Of a stretch of 64,000 bases of DNA, positions 19,496 to 29,908 are shown in pieces; the first letter of the stretch is position 1; the number at the start of each line of letters is the position of its first letter. The stretch spans positions 75,208 to 139,207 of the forward strand of contig CAWGSK010000030.1 of the NCBI GenBank assembly GCA_963825055.1, written 5' to 3'. The translations under genes were made by a program, and so were the position numbers. The DNA is from an uncultured Gemmatimonadales bacterium (GTDB taxonomy: Bacteria; Gemmatimonadota; Gemmatimonadetes; Gemmatimonadales; GWC2-71-9). The notes under the pieces were generated by a model. The model did not search any database. It had not been told where the DNA came from and saw only the letters and a list, made by a program, of their open reading frames with translations.

Positions 19496-20881
19496 ATGCG
19501 AAGGTTCCCAGCGAGTCTGGCGGCGGGGGCGGCCCTTGCCCTCGTATTTGTCCTGCCGTCTGGCGCCGCAGCGCAGGGGTTCGGCATCTTCGAGCACGGG
19601 GCCTGCGCGATGGCCCGCGCCGGCACCTCGGTCGCGTCCACCTGCGGCGATGGCTCGGCAATCTTCTTCAACCCGGCTGGCCTCACCGGCAGCACGGGTC
19701 AGACCCTGAGCGCGGGAGCGACGCTGATCGCCCCGAGCGGGGGGTTCACCAATGATTACACCGGCATCAAGACGGACCTGAACGACCGGGTCTATCCAGT
19801 GCCGACACTGTTCTATACCCGCCCTGTCAATGACCGCTGGGCGGTCGGCATCGGCGTATTCGCACCCTACGGGCTGGAGACCGACTGGCCCGAGGACTTC
19901 GAGGGCCGCTTCCTCGGGTACAAGAGCCTGGTGCAGTCGTTCTACATCCAGCCCTCGGCCGCGGTGAAGGTCTACGACTGGCTCTCGGTCGGGGGTGGCC
20001 TCGACATCACCTATGTCCGGGTCAAGCTCAACCAGCACCTCGACCTGGCCACCTCGCCCACCACGACGCCCGGTGTCACCTTCGGGAACCTCGGCATCCC
20101 GGTCGGAACTGACTTCGCCGACGCGGAGCTGAGTGGGAATGCGATGAACCTCGGCGCCAACTTCGGCATCATGATCCAGGCGACGGACAGGCTCACGCTG
20201 GGGGCACGGTACATGACCCGCCAGAACGTCGAGATCACCGATGGCGAACTGAAGCTCCAGCAGATCTCCACCAACATCCTGCTCCCACAGGGGAACGCCC
20301 TCGGCCTCCCCGCCGGCACCCCTCTGGACCAGGTGCTGCAGCCCCAGTTCTCCGACCCGGGCCTGCTGACCAACCAGACGGCCTCAACCCGCATCGCACT
20401 GCCGGACCAGATCGTCCTCGGGGCGGCCTTCCAGGCCACGCCGAAGCTGAAGCTGCTCTTCGACTGGCAGCGGACCAACTGGCAGGTGTTCGACGCCCTG
20501 ATCCTCAACTTCGAGAAACTCCCCACGAAGATCATCGCGGAGGATTACCAGCACACGAACGACTGGCGCTTTGGTGGTGAGTACGCCGTCAGCCCCAACA
20601 CGATGCTCCGGGCCGGCTTCCTGACGCATGATGGCGCCGCACCGGACCAGACGGTCACGCCGAACCTTCCGGAAGGCCCCAGGTCGGAATTCACGTTCGG
20701 CCTCGGTACCCGGCTCGGTAACGGCCTCAAGGTGGACCTCGCCTACCAGTACATCGATCAGGCCGACCGCCGGGGCCGGACCACGGACGGCGGGTTCTCC
20801 GCCCCCCCGGTCTCGGTGAACAACGGCCTCTACACCTTCAGCGCACACCTGTTCGGTGCGACGCTCACCTACGCCTTCTGA
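19496..20881 (+). CDS. OmpP1/FadL/TodX outer-membrane long-chain fatty acid transporter
   Basis: Signal peptide, AIFFNPAGL, APYGLETDW, C-terminal aromatic YAF. Confidence 0.9.
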   Translation: MRRFPASLAAGAALALVFVLPSGAAAQGFGIFEHGACAMARAGTSVASTCGDGSAIFFNPAGLTGSTGQTLSAGATLIAPSGGFTNDYTGIKTDLNDRVYPVPTLFYTRPVNDRWAVGIGVFAPYGLETDWPEDFEGRFLGYKSLVQSFYIQPSAAVKVYDWLSVGGGLDITYVRVKLNQHLDLATSPTTTPGVTFGNLGIPVGTDFADAELSGNAMNLGANFGIMIQATDRLTLGARYMTRQNVEITDGELKLQQISTNILLPQGNALGLPAGTPLDQVLQPQFSDPGLLTNQTASTRIALPDQIVLGAAFQATPKLKLLFDWQRTNWQVFDALILNFEKLPTKIIAEDYQHTNDWRFGGEYAVSPNTMLRAGFLTHDGAAPDQTVTPNLPEGPRSEFTFGLGTRLGNGLKVDLAYQYIDQADRRGRTTDGGFSAPPVSVNNGLYTFSAHLFGATLTYAF

Positions 20882-20894
20882 GGGGACGCCTACC

Positions 20895-22145
20895 ATGAAG
20901 TTGTCGCATCTGACCGCCGCCCTCGCGCTGGCGCTGCCCCTGGTGACCGGGTGTCGTTCCGACGATGCCCTCCAGCCGCCCACCCCGAGTGGCGGGGAAC
21001 TGTTTGACCGGTACGTGGCCATGGGCAACAGCATTACGGCCGGCTTCCAGTCCGCCGGCATCAATGACAGCACCCAGCGCCAGAGCTACGCCGTGCTGTT
21101 CGCCAATGCCGCCGGGACCGTCTTCAACATCCCGACCCTGCAGGGCCGCGGGTGCCCGCCGCCGTTCACCAACAACGTGCTGCAGACCCGCGTGGGCGGT
21201 GGATCGGCCAACGACTGCGACCTCCGCGCAGCCACGCCGGCCCCCCCGCTGTTCATCAACAACGTCGCGGTGCCGGGCGCCCGCGTGCAGGAACTGCTGG
21301 ACAATTTCGGCACGCCCGCATCCGCCTCGAACGCCCTGACCCTCTTCATCCTGGGCGGACGCACGCAGCTCGAAGCCATGCAGGAACTGCACCCGACCTT
21401 CGTCTCCCTGTGGATCGGGAACAACGACGTACTCGGCGCGTTGACCAGCGGCACCAACCCGGGCAACCCGGCTCTCGTGACCCCGCTGGCGACGTTCCAG
21501 GCGCAGTACACCGAAATCCTCGACAGCATCACGGCCGAGGGAGCGGGGGCAGTCCTGATCGGGGTGGCCGATGTCAGCGCGATTCCCTACGCATCGCGCG
21601 GGTCGGTCTACTGGTGCCTCAAGACCGGTGCGTGTCCCGGAGTGCCGGCCGCTCCTTTCCCGCCGAACTTCACCGTGGACAACAGCTGCGCCCCCGCAGC
21701 GGCCATTCCGACCGCGATCGGGGACAACACGCTCGTTCCCTGGACAATCGGTGTCGTCCGCATCCTCACTGCGGCGCAGGACGTGGGCAATCCATACACA
21801 GTGGATTGCACAGTGGACAGTGACGTCGTGACCCCCTCCGAACTGGCCAACCTCCAGCAGGCCGTCGCCTCATACAATGCCTTCATCCAGGGCGAGGCCG
21901 CCACGCGTGGGTGGGCCTACGTGGACATCAACGCCCTGCTGGGGCCCGAGATCGGCACCCGGATTCCGCTCTTCCCGGACATCACGGGGGTGGCCACCGG
22001 CGCGCCGGTAGGCTTCGGACCACTCTTCAGCCAGGACGGAGTCCACCCCTCCGGTCTTGCGCATCAGCTCGTTGCCGATGCCATGGCCCAGACGGTGAAC
22101 GCGTTCTACGGAACGGACCTCCCGGTCCTGGTTCCAGTCCCCTGA
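20895..22145 (+). CDS. SGNH/GDSL-family lipolytic lipoprotein
   Basis: Lipobox LVTGC; GNSITAG, WIGNND, DGVHP. Confidence 0.87.
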   Translation: MKLSHLTAALALALPLVTGCRSDDALQPPTPSGGELFDRYVAMGNSITAGFQSAGINDSTQRQSYAVLFANAAGTVFNIPTLQGRGCPPPFTNNVLQTRVGGGSANDCDLRAATPAPPLFINNVAVPGARVQELLDNFGTPASASNALTLFILGGRTQLEAMQELHPTFVSLWIGNNDVLGALTSGTNPGNPALVTPLATFQAQYTEILDSITAEGAGAVLIGVADVSAIPYASRGSVYWCLKTGACPGVPAAPFPPNFTVDNSCAPAAAIPTAIGDNTLVPWTIGVVRILTAAQDVGNPYTVDCTVDSDVVTPSELANLQQAVASYNAFIQGEAATRGWAYVDINALLGPEIGTRIPLFPDITGVATGAPVGFGPLFSQDGVHPSGLAHQLVADAMAQTVNAFYGTDLPVLVPVP

Positions 22146-22170
22146 ACGCACCTGGTCCAGTCGCAGGACA

Positions 22171-22210
22171 GGGCGGGTGGGAGCTCCGGCTCCCACCCGC
22201 CCATTGCATT
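22171..22210 (+). terminator. Intrinsic terminator-like hairpin
   Basis: Perfect 14-bp stem GGGCGGGTGGGAGC-TCCG-GCTCCCACCCGCCC, then ATTGCATT. Confidence 0.7.
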
Positions 22211-22304
22211 GCCCATGGAGTCGGCCGGTTCGGCCTCCAGTAGCATCGGCAGCCCACCCCCCACGACAACTCAGCCGATGGTCTCTCGACTGGGGTCGAC
22301 GCTA

Positions 22305-22384
22305 AACCACGGAGACACGAAGGGCGCGGAGTCACCCGTTGGGTTCCTCCGTGGAGACTCTGTGTTCTTCGTGTCTCCGTGGTT
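22305..22384. repeat. 9-nt-unit inverted repeat element, copy 1
   Basis: AACCACGGAGACACGAAGGGCGCGGAG (22305-22331) pairs with CTCTGTGTTCTTCGTGTCTCCGTGGTT (22358-22384): 23 Watson-Crick plus 4 G-T pairs. Confidence 0.9.
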
Positions 22385-22420
22385 CAGCAGGCCTTCGGAG
22401 CGACCACAGCAAGACAGCGA

Positions 22421-22807
22421 CTACAGCAGCAGACGGCGCACCCCCCGGGTCAGGAGAGGCACGTTGAAGTTGATTAGCAGCCCGGCGGATATGCCGCTCA
22501 AACGCATATAGGTCATCAACTGGGCGGAGTGGACCGGGAGGAGACGCTCGAGCGCTTTGAGTTCGACGATCAGAACATCCTCAATCCGGAAGTCGATCGT
22601 GAAACAGTGCTGGATGTGCGTGCCTTTGTACTGCACCGGCAGAGGGACCTCGCACCTGTGATGCAGGCCCCGTAAGGTGAGTTCGTGGGACAGGCAGCGG
22701 CGGTAGGCGCTTTCCAGAAGTCCCGGACCCAGATGGCGGTGGACTTCAATCGCTGCGCCGAGCGTTCGCTCGCTGACAGTATTCGTCGGATGCTGGACCA
22801 GTCCCAT
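22421..22807 (-). CDS. GxxExxY protein (PD-(D/E)XK nuclease-like)
   Basis: 128 aa; GPGLLESAY, IDF...IVELKA, QLMTY, GLLINFN; GGAGGG RBS upstream of ATG 22807. Confidence 0.92.
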   Translation of the reverse strand: MGLVQHPTNTVSERTLGAAIEVHRHLGPGLLESAYRRCLSHELTLRGLHHRCEVPLPVQYKGTHIQHCFTIDFRIEDVLIVELKALERLLPVHSAQLMTYMRLSGISAGLLINFNVPLLTRGVRRLLL

Positions 22808-22948
22808 CTTCCCTCCGCAGCCTGCAGCATTACGCCGGTGGGAGCTAACCCCGTCACCCTCATGCTGCGGGACGGCACGATTCCGTGCACGGCCCAACTT
22901 CAGCAGCCGCACCTTGTTAGCTTTGGAAACCACTTCCGGCGAGGATGC

Positions 22949-23536
22949 ATGGCCTGGACCCGTGATCGCGCAGAGGAACTGATGCTCGAGTACACCGCGT
23001 CGGAATCGCTGCGGAACCACATGTACTGCGTGGAACAGGCGATGCGGGCCATGGCCCGGCGGGCCGGTGCCGATGAAGAGGCATGGGGCATCGTCGGCCT
23101 CCTGCACGACTACGACTACGAACGCTTCCCCAACGATGCGCGTGCTCCCGACCGTGATCACCCGGGCGAGGGGGTCCGCCGCCTGGCCGCGGAAGGTTTC
23201 CCCGAGGAATGGCAGCAGGCGATCCTGGGCCATGCCGATTACACCGGTGTACCGCGCACGACCCCCATGGCCCATGCCCTCTTCGGCGTGGATGAGCTCT
23301 GCGGGTTCCTGGTCGCGTGCGCGCTGGTGCGTCCCTCCAGGAGCCTGGCGGATCTCGAAGTCAGGAGCGTGAAAAAGAAGCTCAAGGACAAGGCCTTCGC
23401 CCGCGGCGTCAATCGGGATGATGTCCGGCGCGGCGCCGAGGAACTGGGCGTGGACCTCGACGCGCACATCGCTTTCCTGCTGGATGCCCTCCGGCCCCAC
23501 GAGGCACGGTTTGGACTCGGCCATCCGGCACCCTGA
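22949..23536 (+). CDS. HD-domain (HDIG-like) predicted hydrolase
   Basis: LRNHM, GLLHDYDYE, AILGH, DELCG, KKKLKDKAFARGVNR. Confidence 0.88.
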   Translation: MAWTRDRAEELMLEYTASESLRNHMYCVEQAMRAMARRAGADEEAWGIVGLLHDYDYERFPNDARAPDRDHPGEGVRRLAAEGFPEEWQQAILGHADYTGVPRTTPMAHALFGVDELCGFLVACALVRPSRSLADLEVRSVKKKLKDKAFARGVNRDDVRRGAEELGVDLDAHIAFLLDALRPHEARFGLGHPAP

Positions 23537-24965
23537 GGTCGTCGCACGAGGCAGCCGGAGCCTCACGGGCTCCGATTACCTGGAGCGGGCCCTCGACCGG
23601 GCCGCAGGCTCGCGGACAATCGAGGGCAATCGTGTCCAGCTGCTGATCGACGGACCGGCCGCCTATGAGGCCATGTTCGAGGCGATCGCGAACGCCCGCC
23701 GGACCATTCATTTCGAGAACTACATCATCCGCAGTGACGGAACCGGGCGGCGCTTCGCCGAGGCGCTGGCCGCGCGCGCGCGCGAGGGCCTCGAGGTCAG
23801 GGTCACGTACGACTGGCTGGGATCGATCGCCACCCGGTCCCGGTTCTGGCGCGCCCTGCGTGACGCGGGAGTGGAGGTACGGGCGTTCAACACGCCCAAG
23901 CTGTTCGCGGCCTTCGCCAACATCTCCCGGGACCATCGGAAACTGGTGGTGGTGGACAGGGCCCGTGCGATCATCGGCGGGCTCTGCATCGGGGACGAGT
24001 GGGTGGGGCATCCTGATCGGGGCATCAAGCCGTGGCGGGATACCGCCATCGATATCCACGGTCCGGCCGCCGCGAGCCTGGACGATGCCTTCGGGGTAAC
24101 CTGGCACGACGCGAAGAAACTGCCGGACACCCTGGACCACGACTCTGGCCGGTTCCCGGTGGCGGACCAGCCGCACGGCGAGGCCGGCGAGGCCCGGCTC
24201 CGGGTCATCGCCGGCCGGCCCGGACGGGAACGAGCCTACAAGGTCCTGGAAATCCTGGCCGCCGCGGCAGTCGAGCGCCTGTGGATCACCGACGCCTACA
24301 CCGTCCCCCCTCCCCGGCTCTTCCAGGCCTTCATTGACGCCGCCAGAGACGGCGTGGACATCCGGCTCCTCGTGCCGGGTTCCAGTGACGTCGGGGTCGT
24401 CCGGAACCTGACCCGGATCGGATACCGTGACCTGCTGCGTGCCGGCGTCCGGATCTACGAATGGCTCGGCCCGATGCTCCATGCCAAGACCCTCGTGGTC
24501 GACGGCCGGTGGGCCCGGGTCGGCACCAGCAACCTGAACGCATCCAGCCTGCTCGGAAATTACGAGCTGGACGTCATCGTGGACGACCGCCAACTCGCCC
24601 ACCGGATGGAGGACCAGTTCCGACGGGATATCGCGCGCAGCTCCGAGATCGTACGACACCAGCCCGGTCCCCCGCAGCTCCACCGGGTCCTGCCCACCCG
24701 TCTCGCCCGCCAGGTTCCGGAAGAGACCCCGGAAGGCCACCGCCGGACCCGTCGGGAGGCCCGTCGCCGGGCTGTCGTCGTCCTGTGGACCGTGGTGGTC
24801 GGCGCCCGCCGGTCCATCTACGGCCCGATCGCCCTTGTCCTGATTGCCCTGGCCGGCCTCTTCCTTGGACTCCCCCGTATCACCGCCTACCTCTTCGGCG
24901 CGATCTGCGTCTGGCTCGGCGTGGCCGCCGCCAGGGAATCGCTGCGCCGGCGGGGCCTCGACTAG
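23511..24965 (+). CDS. cls: Cardiolipin synthase / phospholipase D
   Basis: Two HxKxxxxD motifs (HRKLVVVD, HAKTLVVD), GN.V.LL, WRDT, C-terminal TMs; TTG start with GAGG. Confidence 0.88.
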   Translation: MDSAIRHPEVVARGSRSLTGSDYLERALDRAAGSRTIEGNRVQLLIDGPAAYEAMFEAIANARRTIHFENYIIRSDGTGRRFAEALAARAREGLEVRVTYDWLGSIATRSRFWRALRDAGVEVRAFNTPKLFAAFANISRDHRKLVVVDRARAIIGGLCIGDEWVGHPDRGIKPWRDTAIDIHGPAAASLDDAFGVTWHDAKKLPDTLDHDSGRFPVADQPHGEAGEARLRVIAGRPGRERAYKVLEILAAAAVERLWITDAYTVPPPRLFQAFIDAARDGVDIRLLVPGSSDVGVVRNLTRIGYRDLLRAGVRIYEWLGPMLHAKTLVVDGRWARVGTSNLNASSLLGNYELDVIVDDRQLAHRMEDQFRRDIARSSEIVRHQPGPPQLHRVLPTRLARQVPEETPEGHRRTRREARRRAVVVLWTVVVGARRSIYGPIALVLIALAGLFLGLPRITAYLFGAICVWLGVAAARESLRRRGLD

Positions 24966-24980
24966 GCCCGGGTGGCCCGG

Positions 24981-25008
24981 TTCAACGCCAGGCCCTGCTG
25001 ATGCGTAA
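24981..25008 (+). promoter_or_regulatory. Candidate ECF autoregulatory promoter
   Basis: TTCAAC-N17-CGTAA immediately at the ECF gene start. Confidence 0.4.
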
Positions 25009-25555
25009 CTCCCACGTGGACGATGCCGATCTTGCCACCCGTGCCGCCGGTGGGGACGGTGACGCGTTTGGGGAGCTGGTGGCACGGCACGCCCCGGCCG
25101 TCCGTCGGGTCGCCCGCGCCGCGCTCCAGAACGAGGCCGACGCCGATGACGCGGCGCAGGAGGCGTTCCTGAAGGCGTGGCAGCACCTGGATCGCTACGA
25201 CCCGTCCCGGCCGTTCGGCCCCTGGCTGATGCGGATCGTGGTCAACGCGGCGGCGGACCTGCGCCGGCGCCGCCGGGTCCGCCAGGGAGACGAACTGCCG
25301 GAATCGCTTGCCGGTGGCGGGGCTTCACCCGCACAGGATACGGAGCGGGCGATCCTGCGGGCCAGGCTGGACCAGGCCCTGAAGACCTTGCCGGAGCGGC
25401 AGCGGATCGCCGTCACGATGTTCGATGCCGAGGGCTACTCACACGCGGACATCGCGGAGGCGCTCGAAATCCCTGAAGGCACGGTTCGCTCCGACGTCTT
25501 TCACGGCCGGCGCGCCCTGCGCGGACACTTGAGCATGTACCGGGAGGAAGGATGA
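25001..25555 (+). CDS. ECF sigma factor (start ATG 25001 or GTG 25016)
   Basis: DADDAAQEAFLKAW, FGPWLMRIVVN, EGYSHADIA...GTVRS. Confidence 0.92.
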   Translation: MRNSHVDDADLATRAAGGDGDAFGELVARHAPAVRRVARAALQNEADADDAAQEAFLKAWQHLDRYDPSRPFGPWLMRIVVNAAADLRRRRRVRQGDELPESLAGGGASPAQDTERAILRARLDQALKTLPERQRIAVTMFDAEGYSHADIAEALEIPEGTVRSDVFHGRRALRGHLSMYREEG

Positions 25556-25896
25556 CCAACCCGTTCGGCGCGGAACGCGACGAGGCCCTGGGGCGGATGC
25601 TCAGGGAGCATTACACGGCGGGGGACCACGAGGCCTTCGTGGACAGCGTGCTTGCCCTTACCCGGGGGCAGCCCGCGTCGGCGTTCGAAGTGCTTGCCGG
25701 CTGGATCCGCCCCTGGGTGGCTGTCGCGGCCCTGCTGACGCTGGTGGTCCTGGGATGGTCCCTCTCCCGTAACCAGGCCGCGGATCTGGTCCGGCTCGAC
25801 GAAGTTGTCCGGCCGGGCGATGCCCCGGCCAGCCTCTTCGCCTCGGAAAGCCTGGACCAGGACGGTGTTCTCGCCGTCGCCCTGGGCGAGCCATGA
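25552..25896 (+). CDS. Putative anti-sigma membrane protein
   Basis: ATGA-coupled to the sigma gene; single TM. Confidence 0.65.
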   Translation: MTNPFGAERDEALGRMLREHYTAGDHEAFVDSVLALTRGQPASAFEVLAGWIRPWVAVAALLTLVVLGWSLSRNQAADLVRLDEVVRPGDAPASLFASESLDQDGVLAVALGEP

Positions 25897-25933
25897 TGGC
25901 CGCCCGTGAACGCAGGAAAGGATCGACTCCCGT

Positions 25934-26326
25934 ATGACCGGATCCACCTGGCGCGCCGCGGCCCTGCTGCTGCTCGTCTTCATCCTCGGTGGCGTGGCCG
26001 GCTCGGCCGTCACGGCGACCGTCGAACGCGGCCGGCGTCCATCCGGAGATCACCCGGAGCGGCGGGAGCGCCGCGGCTCCTATATCGACATGCTCGCCCA
26101 CGAGCTGGACCTGACCACGGTGCAGCGCGACAGCGTGCGTGTCATCCTCGATCGGTACCGCCCGGCCATGGATTCGCTGTGGCACGCAACCCGGCCACGC
26201 TTTGAAACTTTGCAGGAGCGGATTCGTTCGGACATCCGCTCACAGCTCACGCCTGAACAGGTCACCGAGTACAACGACATGCTCCGCCGCTTCGATGCCG
26301 AGCGGCGCGCCAGGGAATCCCGCTGA
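25934..26326 (+). CDS. Periplasmic Spy/CpxP-like helical protein
   Basis: N-terminal TM (LLLVFILGGVAG); LDLTTVQ and LTPEQ motifs. Confidence 0.75.
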   Translation: MTGSTWRAAALLLLVFILGGVAGSAVTATVERGRRPSGDHPERRERRGSYIDMLAHELDLTTVQRDSVRVILDRYRPAMDSLWHATRPRFETLQERIRSDIRSQLTPEQVTEYNDMLRRFDAERRARESR

Positions 26327-27630
26327 TGCGTTACCTTCGCCCGCTGTTTCTGTCGCTTGTCCTGACCCTGCCCGCCAGCCTCCCGGCGCAGCAGGCTGTC
26401 CCCTCCGTGACCCTGGAAGAGGCCATCCAGATGGCCGAGCGTGTCCAGCCGTCGGTCGTGCAGGCCCAGGGCAGTATCCGCAATGCCGAGGCGGGAGTGC
26501 GTGCCTCGTGGGGAGCCTACCTTCCGAACGTCACCGCCAATTCGAGCGGATCGCAGAACTTCAGCGAGTTCGCCCGGCCCGACCCGGTCACCGGTGAGAT
26601 CAACAGCGGGAACTCCAGCACCCGCAGCGTGAACATGGGGCTCTCCGCCAGCGTGGATCTCTTTACGGGGTTCCAGCGTGGCGCCGACCTGCGCGCCGCA
26701 CGCGCCACCACGACCGCCGCCGAGGCGAACCTCGTGGACGCCCGGTTCCAGACCAGGCTCAGCGTGACCCAGGAGTATTTCAACGCGCTCTCGAACCTCC
26801 AGCTCGTGGCCGTGCGCGAGGCGAGTGTCCGCCGGGCCGAGGAGCAGCTCAAGATCTCGGTCGCCAAGCTCGCCTCGGGGAGCGCCACCCGGTCCGACTC
26901 GTTGCGGTCCCTGGTGACGCTCGGCAACGCCAGGCTCCAGCTGGTGAACAACCAGGCCGCACTCGCCCAGGCCGAGGCCAACCTTGGCCGGCTGGTCGGC
27001 ATGGACGGGCGGGTCGCCCCGGTAGAGGACTCCACGCGCTATGCGGAGGTCACCCTTGCGGATACCGTGGCGCTGATCGCCGAGGCGACGGCCCAGTCCC
27101 CGCGGGTGCAGAGCGCGGAAGCGAGCGCGGACGCGGCCGCGGCCCAGCTCAAGGCGGCTAAGTCCGACTACTGGCCGTCGCTTACGCTGAGCGGGAATTA
27201 CAACTACAGCGGCAGCAACACCAGCGATTACCACCTCTTCAACTCGCGAAACGTCACGCTTCGGCTGTCGTGGCCGCTCTTCAATGGGTTCAACCGCGAG
27301 CGGTCCATCGTGGTTCAGGCCAGCAATGCCGAGACGGCCAACGCCCAGGCCGCGGATGCGCGCCGCCAGATTCGCGCGGCCCTGACGGCCCAGTTGGCCA
27401 ACCTCGACGCGGCCCGTCTCCGGATCGAGATCACCGGTACGAGCGTCCGGGCAGCCGAGGAGGACCTCCGGGTCCAGCGCGAGCGGTACCGGCTCGGCGC
27501 GGCCACCATCGTGGAGGTGCTGACGTCGCAGGAAGCGCTCGACCAGGCGGAAGCCGACGTCGTGAGCGCGCGGTTCGACTACCTCCAGGCGAAAGCCCAG
27601 ATCGAAGCCCTCATCGGAAGGCCGTTATGA
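26326..27630 (+). CDS. TolC-family outer-membrane efflux protein
   Basis: Signal peptide, [25 protein letters not shown]. Confidence 0.92.
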   Translation: MRYLRPLFLSLVLTLPASLPAQQAVPSVTLEEAIQMAERVQPSVVQAQGSIRNAEAGVRASWGAYLPNVTANSSGSQNFSEFARPDPVTGEINSGNSSTRSVNMGLSASVDLFTGFQRGADLRAARATTTAAEANLVDARFQTRLSVTQEYFNALSNLQLVAVREASVRRAEEQLKISVAKLASGSATRSDSLRSLVTLGNARLQLVNNQAALAQAEANLGRLVGMDGRVAPVEDSTRYAEVTLADTVALIAEATAQSPRVQSAEASADAAAAQLKAAKSDYWPSLTLSGNYNYSGSNTSDYHLFNSRNVTLRLSWPLFNGFNRERSIVVQASNAETANAQAADARRQIRAALTAQLANLDAARLRIEITGTSVRAAEEDLRVQRERYRLGAATIVEVLTSQEALDQAEADVVSARFDYLQAKAQIEALIGRPL

Positions 27631-28382
27631 CCGCCGGAATCGAAACGACCGCCGAACGCATGGCGGCGCTGCCGCCCGACGTTCCGCGTGACGCCGTCAT
27701 TGTCACCAGGAACCTGATGCGCCACTACGTGATGGGCAGCGAGGTCGTGCGCGCCCTGAACGGCGTTGACATTGCCATCCGCAAGAACGAATTCGTGGCC
27801 ATCATGGGCCCGTCAGGCTCGGGCAAGTCGACCCTGATGAACCTGATCGGTTGCCTGGACACGCCCACCGAGGGCGAATACTGGCTGAACGGGTACCGGG
27901 TCTCCGAGCTCAAGGATGACGACCTGGCCCGGATCCGGAACCGCGAGATCGGGTTCGTCTTCCAGACGTTCAACCTGCTGCCCCGGGCTACCGCCCTCCA
28001 CAATGTGGAACTGCCGCTCATCTATGCCGGCACCGGCAGCCGTGAGCGTCGGGCGCAGGCCGAGAGCGCCCTGACCCGGGTGGGCCTGGGAGACCGGATG
28101 CACCACCGGCCCAACGAACTGTCAGGCGGGCAGCGGCAGCGCGTGGCCATCGCCCGCGCCCTCGTGAACGAGCCGAGTATCCTGCTGGCCGACGAGCCGA
28201 CGGGCAACCTGGACTCCGCCACGGGCGTGGAGATCATGGCGCTCTTCGAGGCGCTGCACGACGAGGGACAGACGATCATCATCGTCACCCATGAGCATGA
28301 CATTGCCGAGCACGCCCGCCGCCAGGTTCACATTCTGGACGGGCGGGTCGAGCGTGACTTCCTGACGGAGCGCCCGGCGTAG
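27627..28382 (+). CDS. ABC transporter ATP-binding protein (MacB/LolD type)
   Basis: [37 protein letters not shown]. Confidence 0.95.
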   Translation: MTAGIETTAERMAALPPDVPRDAVIVTRNLMRHYVMGSEVVRALNGVDIAIRKNEFVAIMGPSGSGKSTLMNLIGCLDTPTEGEYWLNGYRVSELKDDDLARIRNREIGFVFQTFNLLPRATALHNVELPLIYAGTGSRERRAQAESALTRVGLGDRMHHRPNELSGGQRQRVAIARALVNEPSILLADEPTGNLDSATGVEIMALFEALHDEGQTIIIVTHEHDIAEHARRQVHILDGRVERDFLTERPA

Positions 28383-28414
28383 GCCGGGCTTCACGGAGAG
28401 AAACGAGCATCAAC

Positions 28415-29908
28415 ATGCAGAACCGCTACCTCATCGCCTCCCTGCTGCTCCTCGTCGCCTGCGACAAGCCGGAGCCGCTGCCGGTCTACCAGGCCGTGCC
28501 CGTCACCAACCGTGACATCATCGTCTCGGTCCAGGCCGCCGGCGTGATCCAGCCGGATACGACCGTCGAGGTGAAGTCCAAGGCCTCGGGCGAGATCCTG
28601 GACATGCTGGTCGAAACCGGTGCCCAGGTGAAGCGCGGCGACCTCATGGTTCGCGTCGACCCGCGGGTCCCGCGGAATAACATGGCGCAGGCCCAGGCAC
28701 AACTTGACGTGGCCAAGGCACGCCTCCAGAACGCGGAGTCCCAGAAGCGCCGGGCCGACGAGCTCTTCAAGAGCCAGTCGATCACGGAGACGGAGCACGA
28801 GGGCGCCCAGCTCGACTACGCCAACGCCAGGGCCGCGGTCATCCAGGCCGAGGTCCAGGTCGAGACGGCCCGGATCGAGCTCGAGGACACCGACGTCCGC
28901 GCCCCGATCACGGGCACCGTGATTGAGAAGAGCGTCGAGCGCGGGCAGGTCATCTCGTCCCCAACGCGTGACGTGGGGGGTGGCACCGTGCTCCTGCGCA
29001 TGGCCGACCTGGAGCTGGTCCAGGTCCGGACCCTGGTGGACGAGACCGACATCGGCAAGATCCAGAAGGGCCTCGAGGCCAGCGTCACGGTGGACGCGTA
29101 CCCGAACCAGCCGTTCCGGGGAGAGGTCCTGAAAATCGAGCCGCTGGCCGAGACCCAGCAGAACGTCACGATGTTCCCAGTCCTGGTCAGGATCCAGAAC
29201 CGCCAGGGCCTGCTGCGCCCCGGCATGAATGCCGAAGTGGAGATCCACGTCGGCAACCGGCAGGACGTGCTTGCCGTCCCGAACGCGGCGCTCCGCACCC
29301 GCCAGGATGTCGCGTCCGCCGCCCAGGTTCTCGGCCTTGACCCGGCCGATGTCCAGAAGGAACTGGCCGAGGCGAGCCAGCCGGCCTCCCTGGGAGCGCG
29401 GAACGCCGGCGACAGCACCGTGAAGGATTCGACCGCCGCGGCACCGAAGGGCAATACGATGACCATGCCGAACGGCACGACGGTCACGCTGCCCGAGGGC
29501 GTCGCCGAAGCTGACGTGCGCAAGGCATTCGAGAAGCTGCGGAGCGGCCAGGAGCTCACCGCCGCCGAGCGGGGGGTCATGCAGAAGATGCGTTCGGCGT
29601 TCGGGAGCGGCGGCGGCGGCCGCCGGTCGTCCGCCGGCGCCAACAACTACCAGTTCGGCGGCAGCTATATCGTCTTCGTCCTGCGGAACGACCGGCCCAC
29701 CCCGGTCAGCGTGCGGACGGGCCTCACCGACCTGGACTACAGCGAGGTGGTCAGCGGACTCACGGCCAGTGACTCGGTGCTGGTGCTGCCGTCAGCCAGC
29801 CTGGTCCAGAGCCAGCAGGAATTCCAGGAGCGCATCAACCGCGTGACCGGTGGCGCCACTGGAGGCCTCCGGAACAGCAACAGCAGTACGTCGGGAGGGA
29901 ATCGCTGA
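28415..29908 (+). CDS. Efflux periplasmic adaptor (MacA-like) lipoprotein
   Basis: Lipobox LVAC; VKSKASG, VRAPITG, VDETDIG, LRPGMNA, EVVSGL. Confidence 0.9.
   Translation: MQNRYLIASLLLLVACDKPEPLPVYQAVPVTNRDIIVSVQAAGVIQPDTTVEVKSKASGEILDMLVETGAQVKRGDLMVRVDPRVPRNNMAQAQAQLDVAKARLQNAESQKRRADELFKSQSITETEHEGAQLDYANARAAVIQAEVQVETARIELEDTDVRAPITGTVIEKSVERGQVISSPTRDVGGGTVLLRMADLELVQVRTLVDETDIGKIQKGLEASVTVDAYPNQPFRGEVLKIEPLAETQQNVTMFPVLVRIQNRQGLLRPGMNAEVEIHVGNRQDVLAVPNAALRTRQDVASAAQVLGLDPADVQKELAEASQPASLGARNAGDSTVKDSTAAAPKGNTMTMPNGTTVTLPEGVAEADVRKAFEKLRSGQELTAAERGVMQKMRSAFGSGGGGRRSSAGANNYQFGGSYIVFVLRNDRPTPVSVRTGLTDLDYSEVVSGLTASDSVLVLPSASLVQSQQEFQERINRVTGGATGGLRNSNSSTSGGNR

Noticed and set aside
22808..23566. 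N-terminal extension making GxxExxY a 381-aa protein
   Set aside because: Antisense to the HD-domain gene; ATG 22807 has an RBS and gives the typical family length of about 130 aa
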